A DNA stretch of 43,064 nt from contig PWMT01000058.1 in the NCBI GenBank assembly GCA_003558085.1, positions 1-43,064 on the forward strand. Direction: 5' to 3'. Source of the DNA: Methanobacteriaceae archaeon. Lineage in GTDB: Archaea > Methanobacteriota > Methanobacteria > Methanobacteriales > Methanobacteriaceae. The translations under genes were made by a program, and so were the position numbers. The notes under the pieces are model-generated. The model had not been told where the DNA came from. It ran no database searches and saw only the letters and a program-made list of their open reading frames with translations. Below are positions 39,225-43,064 of this stretch, piece by piece. The stretch's first letter is position 1. Every line of letters starts with the position of its first letter.

Positions 39225-40922
39225 ATGAATTTTTATGCATTCATTTCACTTTTAGCATTTTTAATATGCATTTTCCTAGGTAATTTCATTTATCATAAGA
39301 ATAATAAAAGTCAATTAAATCGCTGGGTTGCGATACTTTGCTTTTTTGTAGGATTTTTGTCTTTTATAGAATTTCAATATAGGCAAGCAGCTACCTTAGA
39401 AAAAGCTTATTTTTGGTTAAATCTGAGTACCCTATGGCCTTTTGTGCCTTCTTTACTTTTACATATTTCAATAATTTTTACCAAAAATCACTGGTTAAAA
39501 AATAAAGCTATTTATTTAATTATATATCTACCTGCTTTATTCATATTTTTACTAGGATTTAATAGTGACTTACTAATTGGTGGTGCATCACAAGAATATT
39601 GGGGATGGACTTTTGAATTCCCAAAAAATCTAATATTATTTAAATTGATGAGCATATGGACCATTATTGCAGCTTTTTTAGCAGGAGCTCTTTGTTTTGT
39701 TTATTATTTAAGATCAAAACATATGAAAAAACTCCAAGCCAAATATTTTTTCTCTGGACTGTATTTGCCTTTACTAATTAGTGTACTAACTGACCTAATC
39801 CTACCGGTCACCACCGTTAGAGTACCTGAAATGACCATGACCATGTCTACCGTGGGTATTGCCTTTATCAGTTATGGAATATGGAAACATAAGTTCCCTG
39901 CCATCACTTCCGCTTTGGTAGCTGATAAAATAGTTTCCACCATGTCCAATTTCCTATTACTGGTAGATGAAAATAAAAATATTTTAAACATTAATAAATC
40001 CACCGCAGATATTCTAGGATATGATGAACAGGAATTGGTAGGCGAACCAGTGGAAAAAATTTTTTATCAGGAAAAGGACATTCCTCACTTATTTAAAGAA
40101 AATGAGATTAGTTTTTCATATCCTACTTCTGTTATTAATCTTGAATCACGGATTAAAACTGTAAAGGGCAATATTATACCGGTTATTTTATCCTTATCCC
40201 CTATAATGGATGAAAATTCTAATATAATAGCTATTGTATGTATTGGTAGTGATGTTCAGGATTTAATCACAGCCCAGGAAAAAATTAAAATTTCTTTAAA
40301 GGAAAAAGAAGTGCTTTTAAGAGAAATTCATCACCGGGTTAAAAATAACCTGCAAATAATTTCCAGTTTACTTAACTTACAAAGTAGGTACATTAAAGAT
40401 GAGGATGATCTTGAATTATTTAGAGATAGTCAAAGTAGAGTTAAATCAATGGCCATAATACATGAAAAACTTTATCAATCTCCTGATTTTGCCCATGTAG
40501 ATTTTAAGGAGTACCTATCTAGTTTAATGAATTATTTATTCCAATATTATTCTATAGATCCGAATCTAATTAAATTAAATCTGGAAGTTGAAGATTTAAT
40601 GCTGGGAATGGATACTGCTATTCCCTGTGGGTTGATTGTCAATGAACTGGTAAGTAATTCCTTAAAATATGCATTTCCACCAGGTAGTGGAGGAGAAATA
40701 AGTATCACTCTTAACATTGAAAATAATAATTTCCTATTAGAAGTTGCTGATAATGGTATAGGATTACCAGAAAATGTTGATTTAGAAAAAACTGGCACTT
40801 TAGGTTTAAGATTAGTGGTTAGCTTAACTGAACAGATAAATGGTAATATAAATTTAATTAGAGATTCAGGTACTAAATTTGAGATTAGTTTTGCTGAAGT
40901 GGAATATAATACCCGGATTTAA
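39225..40922 (+). CDS. Sensor histidine kinase (7TM-PAS-HisKA_2-HATPase)
   Basis: About 7 TM segments, PAS (LGYDEQELVG), EIHHRVKNNLQ, NELVSNSLKYAF, DNGIG, TLGL. Confidence 0.92.
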   Translation: MNFYAFISLLAFLICIFLGNFIYHKNNKSQLNRWVAILCFFVGFLSFIEFQYRQAATLEKAYFWLNLSTLWPFVPSLLLHISIIFTKNHWLKNKAIYLIIYLPALFIFLLGFNSDLLIGGASQEYWGWTFEFPKNLILFKLMSIWTIIAAFLAGALCFVYYLRSKHMKKLQAKYFFSGLYLPLLISVLTDLILPVTTVRVPEMTMTMSTVGIAFISYGIWKHKFPAITSALVADKIVSTMSNFLLLVDENKNILNINKSTADILGYDEQELVGEPVEKIFYQEKDIPHLFKENEISFSYPTSVINLESRIKTVKGNIIPVILSLSPIMDENSNIIAIVCIGSDVQDLITAQEKIKISLKEKEVLLREIHHRVKNNLQIISSLLNLQSRYIKDEDDLELFRDSQSRVKSMAIIHEKLYQSPDFAHVDFKEYLSSLMNYLFQYYSIDPNLIKLNLEVEDLMLGMDTAIPCGLIVNELVSNSLKYAFPPGSGGEISITLNIENNNFLLEVADNGIGLPENVDLEKTGTLGLRLVVSLTEQINGNINLIRDSGTKFEISFAEVEYNTRI

Positions 40923-40956
40923 TCTATATATCTGATTAATTATTTTATCTGAATTT

Positions 40957-41409
40957 TTAAAGATTATCTCTTAATTTTTCTATAATCTTCACTCGAATAG
41001 TCTTGGAAATTTTTTTTGGAGGTCGAGGTCTCATATAACCAAAAAAGGGATCCTCAAAGATTTCTCCTTCAAACTTTACTTCATGATCATAGCGGGGTAT
41101 AAAATGCCAGTGCATGTGGGGATCTGGTGTATCTTCCAGGTAAAAAGTATTCATTAACGTGCCCCAATTAAACATAGTGGCCTTGAAAGCAGTTTTTAAA
41201 GAGTTTTCTAATTTGTTTACAATTTTAATAAAATCGGACCATTCTTTCTGATTTACTTCACTTAAATATCTTGCTTTTCTTTTTAAGGCAATGACACAAG
41301 TGCCCAGGTTACTCTGGTTAGGAGCTAAAAACACAATCCAATAGCTACTCTCAAATAATAGATCACCAAAGTTATACTCCTCTAGTTTATAACAATATTC
41401 ACAATTCAT
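40957..41409 (-). CDS. HIT-family hydrolase
   Basis: N-terminal [14 protein letters not shown] histidine triad. Confidence 0.88.
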   Translation of the reverse strand: MNCEYCYKLEEYNFGDLLFESSYWIVFLAPNQSNLGTCVIALKRKARYLSEVNQKEWSDFIKIVNKLENSLKTAFKATMFNWGTLMNTFYLEDTPDPHMHWHFIPRYDHEVKFEGEIFEDPFFGYMRPRPPKKISKTIRVKIIEKLRDNL

Positions 41410-41510
41410 AATTAATAGATAGTTGATTAATCATAAAAATTTAATTATGATTTTCTATTATTTATCAACCTAAAGCTTAATATCTTAGCCTATACTCCTA
41501 AGGGATTGCA

Positions 41511-42299
41511 ATGCCTGAACTACCTAGTGTGGAAATATTCAAAAATTATTTTGATGCTTATGGCTTAAATCAAAGCATTGAAGAAGTTAACGTATTTAAT
41601 CCTGAAATGTTATGGGATATTAGTTCTAAGGATTTTAAATCTATTTTAAAAAATCAGAGATTTATTTCCAATTTCCGTTATGGTAAGTATCTTTTTTCAT
41701 CTTTTAATAGAAAATCTTATCTTATTTTACATTTTGGGATGACTGGTTTTTTAAGCTACCATCAGGTAGATGATCCTCCCCATAAACATCAAAGAGTATC
41801 TTTTATCTTTAATAATGGAAAAATTATGTCCTTTATTGATCCTAGAAAATTTGGTAAAATAGGTATCACCTTTAACAGGAATCAATTTATAAAACAACAA
41901 AATTTAGGTCCTGACGCCCTGCGCTTGGATTATAAAACATTTCATAAATTATTTAAAAATAAAAAAGGAGCTATTAAGCCTTTATTGATGAATCAGAAGT
42001 TTATTGCAGGTATAGGTAACTTATATGCTGATGAAATATTATACCAGAGTAGGTTACACCCTTTGACTAAGGCTTGCCATCTTAAAACTGCTGATTTAAA
42101 GCAGTTATATGAAAACATGATAATGGTTCTTCAAAAAGCCATTGCAGTGCAGGATCAGCTGCAAAATTTTCCAGATGATTATTTGTTAGCGCACCGCTAT
42201 AAAGGAGGAGAATGTCCTGAATGGGGGGAAATTCAAATCATTAAAGTGGGAGGACGCACCACCTATTTCTGTCCCTCCAGACAGAAAAAAATAATTTAA
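41511..42299 (+). CDS. mutM: Fpg/Nei-family DNA glycosylase/AP lyase
   Basis: MPELP, RYGKYL, HFGMTG, DPRKFG, LGPDAL, AGIGNLYADEIL, GRTTYFCP. Confidence 0.9.
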   Translation: MPELPSVEIFKNYFDAYGLNQSIEEVNVFNPEMLWDISSKDFKSILKNQRFISNFRYGKYLFSSFNRKSYLILHFGMTGFLSYHQVDDPPHKHQRVSFIFNNGKIMSFIDPRKFGKIGITFNRNQFIKQQNLGPDALRLDYKTFHKLFKNKKGAIKPLLMNQKFIAGIGNLYADEILYQSRLHPLTKACHLKTADLKQLYENMIMVLQKAIAVQDQLQNFPDDYLLAHRYKGGECPEWGEIQIIKVGGRTTYFCPSRQKKII

Positions 42300-42313
42300 A
42301 CTGGGGGATTAAT

Positions 42314-43064
42314 ATGGCCCGTGTGCTGGATGAGAAAAGTTCCTTATTTATTTTGATTGCGGTTACTTTAGGTGCCTTTTTAATCCCTTATATGGGGTCG
42401 TCCTTAAATGTTTCTCTACCCACCATCGGTAGAGATTTTGCCGTAGATCTGGTTGTTTTAAACTGGATACCCACTGCTTTCATATTGGCTAATGCTGCAT
42501 TCATACTTCCTTTCGGCCGATTAGGGGATCTTTTTGGTAGAAAAAAGATTTTCACTACGGGAGTTATCATTTTTACTCTCGCCTCTTTATTAGCTGCTAC
42601 TGCTCCCTCAGCATATTTTTTACTCTTCTTCAGTTTCCTGCAGGGATTAGGATGTTCTATGATATTTGCAACTGGAGTGGCAATCTTAAGTTCTGTTTTC
42701 CCCATGGGGTCCCGGGGAGAATCTTTTGGGATATATGTCACTTCAGTTTATTTAGGTCTCTTTTTAGGACCATTGTTAGGTGGTTTTTTAACCCAAAACT
42801 TAGGATGGAGAAGCATATTTCTCTTCAATATTCCTTTGGGTTTAATCATGCTAACCATTCTATTTTTAAAAGTTAAAAAAGATTGGATAGGATCCCCTGG
42901 AGAAAGTTTTGATGTAAAAGGTACCTTAATATATCTTCCATCAGTTATTATTCTACTTTATGGATTTACTACCATTTACACTCTTTCCGGGAGAATTCTT
43001 ATTTTAGGTGGAATTTTAGGAATTGTAACTTTTTTAAAAATAGAAAAAGAAAATAAATATCCGC
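42314..43064 (+). CDS. MFS drug:H+ antiporter (DHA2/EmrB-QacA-like), runs off window
   Basis: Not in ORF track (no stop in window). Manual translation MARVLDEKSSLFILIAVTLGAFLIPYMGSSLNVSLPTIG...FGRLGDLFGRKKIF (MFS motif A)...GWRSIFLFNIP. Confidence 0.9.
   Translation, partial: MARVLDEKSSLFILIAVTLGAFLIPYMGSSLNVSLPTIGRDFAVDLVVLNWIPTAFILANAAFILPFGRLGDLFGRKKIFTTGVIIFTLASLLAATAPSAYFLLFFSFLQGLGCSMIFATGVAILSSVFPMGSRGESFGIYVTSVYLGLFLGPLLGGFLTQNLGWRSIFLFNIPLGLIMLTILFLKVKKDWIGSPGESFDVKGTLIYLPSVIILLYGFTTIYTLSGRILILGGILGIVTFLKIEKENKYP

Noticed and set aside
542-42876. Many antisense or overlapping ORFs in the track (e.g. 4170..4529, 16981..17439, 30111..30647, 33544..34164, 42388..42741)
   Set aside because: Shadow frames opposite or within well-supported genes, with no motifs of their own.

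Overview
AT-rich, gene-dense chromosomal segment of a methanogenic archaeon, almost certainly Methanobacteriales/Methanobacteriaceae (methanogenesis marker 2, TfrB, Methanobrevibacter-type SepF, sortase, DUF1724 regulators). I see no rRNA, tRNA, CRISPR array or mobile element. Main blocks: housekeeping genes (nob1, moaB, pyrE, trmJ-like, dcd, glyS, rnz, nadA/nadC); an aryl-acid uptake/assimilation cluster (two Na+:solute symporters plus accessory peptide, phenylacetate-CoA ligase, ACT protein, iorAB); and a putative cell-division/polarity locus (DUF1611-sepF-DUF2226-minD-pfkB, divergent from roadblock-kinase/3H-ZPR1). A second roadblock fusion, a coiled-coil histone-fold protein with an acidic tandem-repeat tail and an Arg-less sortase lie nearby. 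That locus is my best candidate for an undescribed system: a MinC/MinE-less Min-like module, with a possible glutamate-modifying enzyme translationally coupled to SepF. Also noted: a candidate sRNA with an exposed anti-SD loop, three genes absent from the ORF track, and many recent short tandem duplications. All family assignments come from motif recognition, not database searches.
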